Both the position numbers and the translations under genes were made by a program. Below are positions 10,752 to 22,791 of a stretch of 64,000 nt of DNA, piece after piece. The DNA lies in assembly GCA_043228905.1 (NCBI GenBank), contig JBHGNT010000011.1:21514001-21578000 (forward strand), in the 5' to 3' direction. Under the pieces are notes generated by a model. That model was not told where the DNA came from, made no database searches, and saw only the letters and a program-made list of their open reading frames with translations. This DNA comes from Azolla caroliniana. Taxonomy: Eukaryota; Plantae; Polypodiophyta. The number at the start of each line of letters is the position of its first letter. The first letter of the stretch is position 1.

Positions 10752-13700
10752 ATGGATGCTTTCAGGAAGCAGCTGGACACTCTCATGGGAGCAAATCGCA
10801 ATGGAGATGTGGAGGTCGTGAAGAGGAAGTATTACGACAGAGATGTCTGCAGACTCTACACTGCTGGATTGTGTCCTCACGATCTTTTCCAACTCACGGT
10901 TAGTAATATATATACAATCTTCTCCTGTTTTCTCTTCGTATTCTTCGTCTTGTTCTTCTCTTTCTCATTCCTTCACTTCTTCTGATTTCGCAACCGTTTT
11001 ATTTAATTTCGCTACTGTTTTGTGTTAATTGGACTGTTTCTGGAACTTGAAGAGAGACTCGTGGAGAGATTTTTTTTTTACCTTTCCGTTTTGAGTCGAC
11101 GAATTTATGAAGTCGGCTCTTTTATACACCTTGGATGTGCTAAATGTGCGTGAGGGCCCAGGGGTATGCCGATTTTTGCTAATGGTAATTTCTGTTAGCA
11201 AAATTATTATCATTCCTTGTCCCTATTATTTCGAGCTGAGAAACTCCTGAAGAACATGAAATAAAAAACCTTGATAAAGAGGCTTCGTTATCCCTTTGTT
11301 TGTTTGTTTGATTAATCCATGTATATCTTCCTGTTTATTCGCTTTTGTATTCCGTCTATAAAACTGACCGGGGAACTTGATGGGAAACACCTATGGAGTT
11401 TATTGTTGATGAATGACTTCGGATATTTGTTTGTACATTAAGAATCTTCTTTGGGGAAATTCGAAATAAATTTGTGTAGAAATATTGTTGTGCATGGGTT
11501 TATTTCCTTGTATTGATGACTTAAGAGAGATTGTTTTTGTCCATGTAAAAAGTATTTTCTCATTATGAAAATTTGCAGAAATGTGAAGGAAACACGTATA
11601 TAGAAATATTGTTGTGCATGGGTTTGTTTTCTTGTTTTCCTGACAGATTAGACATTGTTGTTTGTCCATGTAAAACGTATTTTCTCGTTATGAAAAGAAA
11701 CACCTATTGTGAAGATGTTTTGGTTGCCAACTGCTGCATTGTTTTACTGATTCCATGACTTGGGAGAGATTTTTTCATCCAGGGTAACAGTCTGTGGAAT
11801 TTGAAAAGACTTTGCTCTTTTATTGTTTCTTTGTTGATGTGAGATGACTTTGTTGTTTTTATACAATTTCGATGTTTGAACACTTCTCAAGGATGTGTTT
11901 TTATCCATTTCTTCATAGATTCAATGAATTCATGGCTTTCTGTGCTATCACTTTCTTACGTATATGTGAGAAAATAAATACACTTGCACTCATATATGTG
12001 TATATGTGCTACCATTCAGTACGTTGGATGTGCACAAAACATACATTTGATTTTTGTCATTGTCTATGCTGCTTTAACTGCAGTTTTCCATGGAGATTTT
12101 GTTTACCGAAATTGGAAGGATCATTGGTCTATGGGGTTATTTTTTCCATGGTTTTGGTTCTTATTACTTTAATGCAATATATGATGGAACGTGCTCATTA
12201 AATTGATGCTTGGACGGTTTGCTTCTTCCTTGGGTAGCATCATCTTCTTTAGCTAATGTTTTCAATGAAAAATGTCTTCTGCTCGGATACTACTAGGGAC
12301 ACTCCTCACTATGCAGAAGAGAATATCCACATCAAATTGCATTCACTATTCAGAATGTGAACCATTATACTTGGTTATGGACATTGCCAATGCCAACCAG
12401 GACCACCACTCCAAACTGCTTAACTTCGTAAGGTCAAAGCCATCATCACACAGTATCAGAGTTGCTCTCATTGTACCACTGACCTTTCCGTATTGGTTGA
12501 AACCATAATAGCTATTTGGGCTGCAATTTCCGTTTCCAATGGTCAGGCACCAAATCTTATTGTTACTGCTTATTTTTTATTACACCCTAAGGCCTTTTTA
12601 GTTTAGGAAGTAAAAAAATCATTTTATCTTCTGGTACACACATTCACATGTTAAATGCTCATAATTGTAGTTTTTCAAGAAGTTGATATATCATTTTCTT
12701 TATAAAGTCTTTGTGTAGATGTATTTCTCGACTCTGTCACTCTTTTCAATTGTGTAAACCTTCACGTTCAATATCTGTATATTAATTATCGTTAATATAA
12801 ATAATAATGATATGTAAGTATATTTTTGGTGGTTACATTTAAATTCACTAGAGGTGCACAAAACAGCCCATGTCTCCTTTTCTTCACGGTAGCAGATTCT
12901 CCCTTTCCAAGGTGAAGAGCAACTCTGTTCACATTCTGGGTTCGTGTAAAATCGATTGGTTTCTGTTGTTTTTGTGCATAAATTTGGTTAGTTTATCAAA
13001 ACGGATTTCTAGGTAAAGAGAGATTCTGTCCACCACTTGAATTCTCTTAGTCAATGATTTGAGTGCTGAAATGCTCTTTTGATGTGTGTTTGCTAGTGAT
13101 ATGCTGCTTTCTTCTAATTTCTCCATAAATTATGGCATGGTTCGTTTCATCGTTGTAGTTGTTCGGAAAACTTGAATTGGACCACCAATATAGAAAGATT
13201 TTTTTGTGTGGTTTTTTCTTCTTAACTTGGCAACTTCATAAATTTACAATCTTTGGATGCATGCAAAGTCTAATCATAGCTGTCATGGTTGTTCATATGA
13301 CTCACTGATTTACCAAAATAGGATTCTGTCTGATTGATGATCTCCATGCTTTTGCGCTTGTCGAATGTGTTAAATTATGAGCGATTTCTTAAATGCTACT
13401 AATTTCTCCGTAAGGGCCATTGTTTGAGTCATGTCCTGTAATTGTTTGGAAATTCAAATGGAAATTTGACTTAGTGAGATGTTTTTTCTGTGACTTTGCT
13501 TCTTTTTTATCATAGATTTATAGACTTTGGTTTTGTCTAAATTTGCTTTGTGATAAATAGACTAAGTGGCACATTCAGTTAAAATATATGATACCTGTAT
13601 TGGCTGTAGTCAATGAGTAAGAGCATGTCCCGTTGGATTCAGTAATTTCCATGATTTGTGGGCTCTGCTGCATGCTTACGTGTATTTAGTCGTTAAAATT

Positions 13701-16370
13701 ATTTCGCTATCTAAATTTGCATGAGTGGCACATTTTACTTATTCTCACTGTGGAAATTTAATTGTTCAACTGTTCTATTTTTGCAGAAAATGGATTTGGG
13801 AGCATGCCCGAAGATTCATTCCTTACAACTACGAAAAGAGTATGCATAGTTGTTAATCCATGTCTTATATCTAGTGATTTAGCTTTTTGTTCAACAGATC
13901 TCATGTTTTTATTCTACCCTTGACTTTGAAAAGATACGAGGAAGCAAAAGCGAAAGGGAAAGATAACTATGATAAGGATCTAGAAGATGGCCTAGAAAAG
14001 CTTGTATATGAATGTGACCGCAAAATTCAGCGTGCATTGAAGCGTTTGGAAGAGGATGACGCAAAAGCTGCTACAGCAATTGCAGTGTCAGAAGTTACAA
14101 AGGTAAGAGGAGATTCTAATTTCTAATGGCAGGAGTGTTGATATGTAATTAACATTTTTGGCTGGGTTCTTGCAGTCTCCTGAGGCGGCAGAATACACAA
14201 GGCAAATAAAAGAGAAGTTGAAAGAAGCTGAATACTTAGGTACTGAATCTGATGATAATACCTTTTGGTTTTTTGAAGTACCACGATCGTTTTTCACCAC
14301 AACAGGAGCTTGTTTTGTTTCTTTCTTAGATTTGGAAGGTAGAACTGATGACAAAATCAGAATAATGGAACAAGTAGAGGAATTACGTCTCAAAAGAGCT
14401 GACCGCCAGGTACATTTTCCCTTTCTGTTGTCTCCTTGTTAGTTTAATAGGTTACACTGGGTTGATACAAAAATGTGTGCCATTTTCAAACAGGCATTAT
14501 CTGTATTAGATGCCTTCAACAAGGACAGAGCTTCTATGCCACAACCTCTTCAAGCACCACCACCTTTAGCCCCATTGCCATTCCCACCTGATGCTCGAAC
14601 ACAAGAGATGATTAAAGAAAAACTGCAAAAAGCTGAAGAACTTGGTAAGCTATGCTATTACACTTTTGTAATATTTATCAATGGAAACTTGAGAAAGTCA
14701 AACTGCATATGTTCCCTACGTTATTGCTTGTATTGTAGGTGAGCTAGGGATGCTGGATGAAGCACAGAGAGCAATGGAAGAGGCGGATGCATTGAAGAAG
14801 GTGAAGTGGGTCTTGTTAATGTGTTTCTAGAAAGTAATTTAATACTTGCTGGAAGTAATGTTGGATTTTATTTATGTACCGACAGTTAGTGCGTGCTGAA
14901 CCAGTGGCAGATCCGGCAAAACAAGCTGCATTTGATGTTCGAATTGTAAGCTATTGTATCCACTGGTTTCTCTTTTGAATGATTTAGCATCTGGAATACC
15001 ATATAGTCAAACTAGTTGATGAATGAAAAGTTGATTGATTGAGATTTTGCGTAGTTGCAAGTCATCTGTCTTTCAAGAATGCACATTGATGCATCAGCTC
15101 TCTAATTATCTTTAGCTTTCTCGCATCTCTAGTTGGGCGTATATGGCTTGAACTTGCATATTGTAGCTTACAGATACATACTTACTGTTTTGCTCCCCAA
15201 AATGGCATTCTAACCATGTTTTTCTACAAATATTTTCAGACTGATCAAAAGCTTCGAGTGTGTGATATTTGTGGTGCATTTCTTAGTGTATATGATAGGT
15301 AAACTGCAGAACAGTTGCTTTAATTTACATTAGATATTTGCTGACAAATTTAAGGAAAAGCTACTAACAATTTTTTCCCATGGAATAGTGATCGACGATT
15401 AGCTGATCATTTTGGAGGAAAACTTCATCTTGGCTATATTCAAATAAGGGAGAAATTGGACGACTTAAAGGTGAGTGGCAAATAGAGGCACTAGTTCAAA
15501 TCTTGGTTGGTGTAGATGACTTTGTGTTTGATTCTAGTTGTGACTTAAGCTAATGTAATAAATTAATAATCATTTGATACTCAGGAAGAGCGGATGAAGG
15601 CACGCAAGACTGAACGCACTGATGATAACAGGTAGATATTTCCAGCTACGTCAATTCTGATATGGGTGCTCCAAGGTATGAGATAGCCATCAATTTTTTG
15701 TCTTCTTGCTGCTACAGTATCTCGAAAAGTAGACAGGATGGAAGCATAAGCAGGGATAAAGACAGGCTGGATGGAGATTCTGATCGAAAACGTGACCCTG
15801 ATAGGGAAAAAGAAGTAGAACGGAGTAGGGAGAGAACTCGTGATCGTTTAAGTAGAGATAGAGATAGGGATAGAGATAATGATAGACGACATGATCGCAC
15901 ACGGGATAGAGATTCTCGAAGCAGTCAAAGGTAAAACATTGTACTGTATATTGTATAACCTTCTGATTTTGTATCTATATTCAACTTGGCCTGTATGCCA
16001 GATCACGTTCACGTTCACGCTCACCATCTAGATCGAGGGACCATGGAAGTGGACGACACAGGGATAGAGAGGGTTCGGATCACTATAGGTAAGTTCAATT
16101 TTCCACATCATTGATGCTGCACTTTTTCTTTTATGGAAAACCATCAACATGCCTCTACATTGGGTATTTATCATAATATTCTAAAAATTCCAAAAATTAC
16201 CAGAATATCCATTTGTATTATTAAAGTGCTATATGGGGGGGGGTATTATGGTGACGGTTTGAAACTGAGGGACATTTTCTTATGTACATGGTGTTTCTTC
16301 TCTTTAGTTTCCTCTAATAATAATACCATCTTATGACAGGGATAGTTACAGCAGACATGGTCGCCGCTAA
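10752..16370 (+). CDS. LUC7: LUC7-like U1 snRNP splicing factor, ~434 aa, 14 exons: 10752-10898, 13787-13839, 13934-14102, 14176-14239, 14330-14409, 14494-14644, 14739-14800, 14886-14945, 15240-15298, 15389-15470, 15585-15631, 15718-15930, 16002-16088, 16340-16370
   Basis: ZnF1: MDAFRKQLDTLMGANRNGD...DRDVCRLYTAGLCPHDLFQLTKMDLGACPKIHS. ZnF2: DQKLRVCDICGAFLSVYDSDRRLADHFGGKLHLGY. C-terminal RD/RS domain. All introns are GT-AG and the exons sum to 1305 nt in frame. Confidence 0.95.
11477..11697. repeat. Diverged ~120-bp tandem duplication in LUC7 intron 1
   Basis: tagaaatattgttgtgcatgggttt...tttgtccatgtaaaa.gtatttt.ctc.ttatgaaaa at ~11477 and ~11600. Confidence 0.85.
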
Positions 16371-18436
16371 ACATAATGGAGAGGGCCTGCCACTGTATCT
16401 TAGTGAGTGTCTATATAGGCCATTGTTCATGCCTCGGAGGCTTATCCAATTGGGCATATGCTATTTCCATTATGTATGGCAAGGGGGATTAAAAATTATT
16501 TTTTCTGCAACTATGACATCTCTTTGTTTTTTTGTTTGGAAGTTAACTTTTCAAAGTTTCTGGTAGACTTTGACATTATGTCTCCGTGCATGGACAGTAA
16601 AGGGTAGCCTCGTCCTTTGATTTCCTTTGCCAGTGAGTACTTGTATATATTCTTGCGATTGAAGAAGTTGAGAGGATTGGCCGAAGCAGATCTGTAAGTC
16701 TTAATTATGTTGGAAAATATTTCGACTATTTATCTTTTGGGTGCCAGTACCTGGTACATATCTTCTGTTACAGGGTGATGCATGAAGTTTAGTGTGCAAT
16801 CCAGTTATTCAAGAACCTCTATCAGCTTATCAGCAGAGACATACTGCTAATAGCCATTCTTAGGTGCGTTGGCCCTTTTTTCTCTGCCTCAACACGTTAT
16901 GAATATAATCTCTCTTGCATATTATTGCTTATATAAACAGGTCAGGTCATACACACACTATCATTGATGGGAGTTAGCGAATCAAGTTTCGATTGTGAGC
17001 AATCTGAACTTTTTTTTAAAGCTATATATCATGCAGCTGATCTGGGTCGCTTACGGAAAAGATTTAGTGTGCAATTTTCTAGATTATTATGATATCATGT
17101 AATAATAATGCTTTGTTCTTCTAGATGCAGTATCCTAGGTACCTAGGGTGTGAAAATATAAAATCTAACTAACAGAAACATGAAAGCATTCTTGAAGCAC
17201 AGATTTTAGGAGTTATCTAGGGGTGTGCCCAATAGTTTGTACCTGGTAGCAACATTATATGCCCAATGGCCGAAATGTGGGAATTTTTTGTGTCTGAAGT
17301 TGTTATACTCGAATTGCATCGACTGTTTACAGATTTCATAAATGAAGAGTTGTTTGGATTTTGAAGGTTAGAACTGAAGAAATTGACTGTCATTACAATG
17401 TCATCTTGTTTTACCGTTGTGTTATCTGGTCCACCATAATCCTGGTTAGATCTCAAATGTGAAATGATGATGATGAGTTTAGGAAAATGTTTTCGATCTT
17501 CGAGTTTTTATTTGATGCAGTGCAAATGTGGGTTTGACTGATCGTGCTAAGTGTCAGTCAGCCATTGGAGCTATAAAACTTTGCTTAATTTATAGAATAG
17601 GATTTGACGGCAGGAAAGTACAGAATCAGGAGTCTTACAGCAGTTCATACGATATCACAAGAAAATGTATTATTTACATGTTTTTAATAAAATGGAAAGT
17701 GTACCCAGTGGTCTCTAATCAATGAAGGAAAGTCTTTCTTGTATTAACCTGCATCTTCGGAAACCTTGGGCACTTCATGAAGAATTCCAAGAAGTTTTCA
17801 TTCTTAAAAGGGAAAGGCTGCTGATCCCTATTTCGATAATGGGAAATTGGTTTATTTTCTGAAGTTTGTTTTATTTCCTTTCATGTAGATTTCATATCAA
17901 GTAACTATATGGGTTTTCATATCAAGTTGCCCCAAATTTTAACTTGAGAAAATAGGTAAGGATCAGTCCGACTGGTGTAAGCAACTAGAAGCCTTGTCTT
18001 TTTTGGTAAGAAATCAAATCGAATGCATCATGAAATCACTACTCATCTGTAACTTTAGTCATCACAGATCTATGACATCTGAGAACTGATTGTATGAGAT
18101 ACGCATTCTAGTGTTGTAGAATAATTTGCAGAATGGCTTTGGTTGAGGACGTTTTATATTATACATTCGTTCTGTTCTGTGCAATGATCAACCAGTAGAT
18201 TTTCATAATAAATTTGTCAATATGTCCTCCCTTATGTAAATAGTTATTTTGATGAAATGGGTGACCAATATATTGAAACGGGTGGCTGAAATATGATGTA
18301 CGAATTAGGTTGTATACAAACTATCTTAGCTTGTTTTGGTTTACAACATGATATTTTGATTCCGATTCCGATTCCTATTAAGCAATTTCCATATATAATA
18401 GCCGTTCAAATTTTTATTTTCGATAAAAACTAGACA

Positions 18437-21400
18437 TCAATTTTGAAGGCAAATAGGTATTGATTGACGTCTCAGTGCCTGATTGGAGGCATGATCAAAA
18501 TCAATTGGTACACATTGATATGCAGCTGCTTCAGGGTTGAATCTAGGTGTCTTGATGAACTGCACAATAAAGTAATGTCATTTGAAACTGAAAAATTACA
18601 AGAGAATGTAAGATATTGATAGGGACAAATCTCTTGATAAAGTAAGATATTCATAATTTCAACATATGAGCTGAAAACTTACAATAGAATGTAAGATATT
18701 AATACGGACAAATCTCTTGATAAAGTAAGACATTAATAGTTTCAACATATGAGCTATGGGGGTGTTTTGGCGTTTCAACTGAAATAATTCAGTTTTACAT
18801 TGTTTCTTTTTCAAGTTAGGAACCTGGTACAAAGGGGCATTTTTTGTAAAAGGTGCAATACATGTTTCTATATTTCTATATCACCTATCCATTTCAACTC
18901 AACTCACACTAACTTTCTACTTTCGACAAATGTAAAAGGAAAGAAAAGGTGAGCAAACAGAGTGAGGTGCTTTGCCATGTTGTATAATTATTGGAAAGAA
19001 AGAAAGGAATAACAGGGTTTGCATTGTAACCTTCAAAAAAAGGTCGAGTATCCTCTGTCGTAGACCAAATAAAGATGCTGTTGGTCGATTCCGATACATC
19101 AAATCAGCTTCCCGCTCGATGAGCAAGAGAAGTTCTTTTGTCAGTTGGCAATCATATTCTTGCACTGTCCATTTTATGTATCCAAGTACACACATTCTTT
19201 CATCAACATTTCGGAAACATTGGCCAAGTGCTGTGTACAACTAGTAGACAACAATTGCTAGTCAGCATTGAACCCTTGCTCCATACTCAAAATGAGCCAT
19301 TTTTTCACATGCACTGATACAATATGAACAAATGCATTTTATATATAACGTATGCAAGCAACTTTCCACAATTTGTTTAGGCCGTTGTTCGTTATTAAAT
19401 GTGGAAACAAAAATTACCATCATATTTTTGTTCTGATATCACAGACATCTATTGCAGTATTTAGAGTTACTGCAATATTATTTGCATTGCAAGCAGTGCA
19501 TTATTTGAAGGCTTCATAGTAAGTGTGACGTTAATATTGTGTTTTATAGAAGAAGGTCATAAAGTTGATGTCCTTTATTTTCGGTTTCTTTTCTTGTTAT
19601 GAGCAGTTGGTTTTGTATGTTTTAAGTAAAGAGTAATAAAGGAGGTTTATTGAAGAACCTTACCCTCAAGAGGTCTGAGGCACGGAGAGTATTCGGAGTT
19701 TGAACATGTACAACCTTTCCATTAGATAGCTCCCACTTCTTTGGTGCGCTCATTTTACACATCAGTGCTCTGATTCGTGCCTCCTTGTTCTCTTTTGCTG
19801 CAGCCAGCTCCATTTTCCCTATAGCTTGTAAGAATTCAACCTCCTAGAAAAGAAGTCGTTCCAATGGAAATCGTTATTTTATGAAGAAAATAAACATGTA
19901 GACGACATAATAACAGATTAAACATTGGGAGTCCCATTGAAGGTTAAATTTCACTAAGGCCCATGTACTAACTAATTTAATACTCAAGATGGTCAAATTC
20001 TAGTAGATGGAAACCACAGACAGTATGAGAAAAAAACAATAAAAGAGGAGCTTGGTTATAGAATGTGGCTTGTGATATTATTTGCAATTGCCACAATCAT
20101 TAATTAAAATATCATCTCTTATGACTCTTTGATATCAATCACTAATAAACACGCAATGTAGGAAACACATTTTCTCCTACATTCATTATTATCGTTGGTG
20201 CAGCACCTAAGTTGGATGCTATTCCATTGATGCTGTTTTTTCCTCTCCATCTATTCCTCTGTTGCGATCTATGCGAGTGTCGATATACACACATGTGCAC
20301 AGATACAGATTGTTTTTGTAATACATTTTATTAATGGCAGCAAACCTAAATGTGCAGCGAATACCACCAAAAGAATTACAGCTAAACAAGCAGTCACTCG
20401 GTGTTTTTGTTTAGGAATCTCCTTACATCTGAATGTAAATTCCAAACATTCAAATGTTCCTCTATATCTTCTGAGATATGGCACAAACGTAGAGACTGCT
20501 TGAATGAAAACCTGAAAGTCTAACTTGTGTGGGAAATAGGTTGACCATACTGGCAGTGGTTATATTTCTATCCATACACACACACATAATATAATACCCT
20601 CCTCTTCCAGGTGACAATGCTTAAGTTAACAATCATTGTCAAAATTTAATCCCTCATATAATTAAGAATCAATCACCTTTTTCAAGAGCTCTTGTGATGC
20701 CAACTTTTGCTTTTCGCCTGAAAGACTCTTTTCCTTGATAGATTGAAGCTCCTACTCAAATCAACATCAACAAAACATATTAATATCTCTGCAAGGGAGA
20801 AGTAGAGATTAAACAACTATTTTGGAAGACATCCGACCTCAAGGTGCCATGCATCGACTTCTTTGTAAAGGACTTCAAATTCTCCCTTTGTTCGTGGGTG
20901 TTTATGTCTGTGGATTTCCTGTTTTAATTGCATCTCTTCCTCCAACTTTTGTTTCTTTTCTAGCTCAGCGATCAACTATAAATGCATGATTTCTCTTCTC
21001 TTAGAGACGACGTATTATTGAAATGAAAAGTTTCCTAGGATGCAAGATAAAGAGATTCCATGAAAAAAATACTTACACGTGTTACTTTACACATTTAAAG
21101 AGGTGACATTCGGAAATTACATAGATTGAAGAAGCGGACCAGAACATTATTACATATATCCACGACTATTTTCGTTTTAGTTATTTCTCTTGCTAAAAAA
21201 GAGAATGCATCATTTTGGCATGAACGCACTTCATGATACTACTAAAGCAATAGCTCAAAAACCTGCTAATAAAATATCTGCTTTACATAATCCCAATATT
21301 ACAGAAAGAACTGGCATGGTTTGAGGAAGCTATATATTATACTGTGCTTAGTAACGAGAAGTGCCGGAGACACTCCTTTAGAATAGGTTTGGCTGCGAAA

Positions 21401-22791
21401 TTGACCACAGAAAAGATTACTGACTATGGCCGTTTCAAATGGGAGAACATTAGCAACATCACTTAATACTTGCAAACCGTTGTGTAAAGCAGAGTTGCTC
21501 CTCCTTAGAAAGCATCTATTTCTGAGAGGAACAAATATATTTTGACAAAATGGAACCAAATTACAATGAGATACAAATAGAATAAAAACACCTGCATGCA
21601 AACATGAGAGTCGCCTCTCCCTTTTTGCACATTCATGCATACGGGTAGTCAGAGATCATGTAGATCATCAACAGGCTTTTTCTTTATGCCTCATAGTACA
21701 ACCTCATAGGATTCTTTCATTTCTCTATCAGCTATGTCTCCTCTATGCCGGGTAGCATTCAGAACCCATTTATTTGAACATATTGTTTTCGGTGGTGATT
21801 GTATCCCTCATTCGAGGAAAAAAGATAAACTAAATAGAATAATTTTTCAGAAAAAAAAGAAAGATAAACAAAATGACATCGGAATGGCAACTCAAATAGG
21901 TGGTTTTCATGTCTATGTTGGGAAAGGAGAAATGTGAACTATGTGATCAATGAAAAGGTATAATATAATGTCGCGAATGTGATCTATGAGAACAAAAGTT
22001 GCATTGTGGAATGTCTGGCTGATAGAAACAATATGAAAACCTAGAACGGAATGAGGAGTTTATGACAAAGTAGAGATGCCAGAATAGAATGCACATAGTC
22101 CACAAAATAATCATAAAACATTTTCCTTAAAAACAAAAAGAAATGATGAAAATGTTTTGTATCGATTCACTCATCTTGCCTCTGAATTCTCTTGAACAAA
22201 TTTCCTCAGTTTCTTGGCCTTGCATCTCGCAATTCTCCCTCTTGCATACCTCTGAATCACAATGGCAGCAGACATTCTTTTTTCTTCCCAAACCTTGGAA
22301 TCTTCATAGTGTCCTGGTATACGTGAATAATCATGGCTTCTATCAAGCACAAGACCAGACCGGTCCATTTGAGTCCATGTTTCACGTATAGTATTGCATT
22401 GTTGGTTTCTCGTATCACAAAGCTGAGTTTCCCTTGTAAACTTCACGACTGTTTCAAGCTTTGGTTTCAGACTGTCAGTTTGTTGGGAAGCATTGAAGTA
22501 TCGAACTCCTACATCATATACTCAATGTTATCATCATCAGTAGCATGAAGATAACAAATTACAAACATTTCCTCTATTTTTGTAAATTTATATGAAACGT
22601 TTCCATGTATTTCCTACAAATTTGAATTAGTATGCATCCATCTCCCACGGCACACCTGTTCTCTTGTCTATATATCCATTCACGAGTGGACAATCTTTTT
22701 GCCTATTTAAACCTTCAGCTAATGAAGTTTTTGAACTAGTTCCACTTTCAGAATATTCCGTGCCATCATGATCAGAAAGTAGGCCCATCAT
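18437..22791 (-). CDS. IQUB: IQUB/FAP253-like flagellar radial-spoke protein, ~396 aa, 7 coding exons: 22791-22656, 22508-22180, 20975-20838, 20751-20677, 19843-19664, 19240-19031, 18559-18437
   Basis: Motifs NGYIDKRTGVRYFNASQQT, KFTRETQ, IQ motif IVIQRYARGRIAR, HPRTKGEFEVLYKEVDAW, MSAPKKWELSNG..VHVQTPNTLRA, VDERMCVLGYIKWTVQEYDCQLTKELLLLIEREADLM.R and LFLKFIKTPRFNPEAA resemble IQUB. Exons sum to 1191 nt in frame, with one GC-AG intron. A probable non-coding exon lies at ~23770-23667. Confidence 0.88.
18588..18754. repeat. Two ~82-bp tandem copies in the last IQUB intron
   Basis: ctgaaaa.ttacaa.agaatgtaagatatt.ata.ggacaaatctcttgataaagtaaga.att.ata.tttcaacatatgagc occurs twice. Confidence 0.85.

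Noticed and set aside
10458-10985. 175-aa ORF as a gene
   Set aside because: It is promoter and UTR read-through into LUC7 exon 1 and intron 1; the conserved start is at 10752.
12272-12508. 78-aa ORF in LUC7 intron 1 as a nested gene
   Set aside because: No recognisable domain; the region is reported only for its base-pairing arms.
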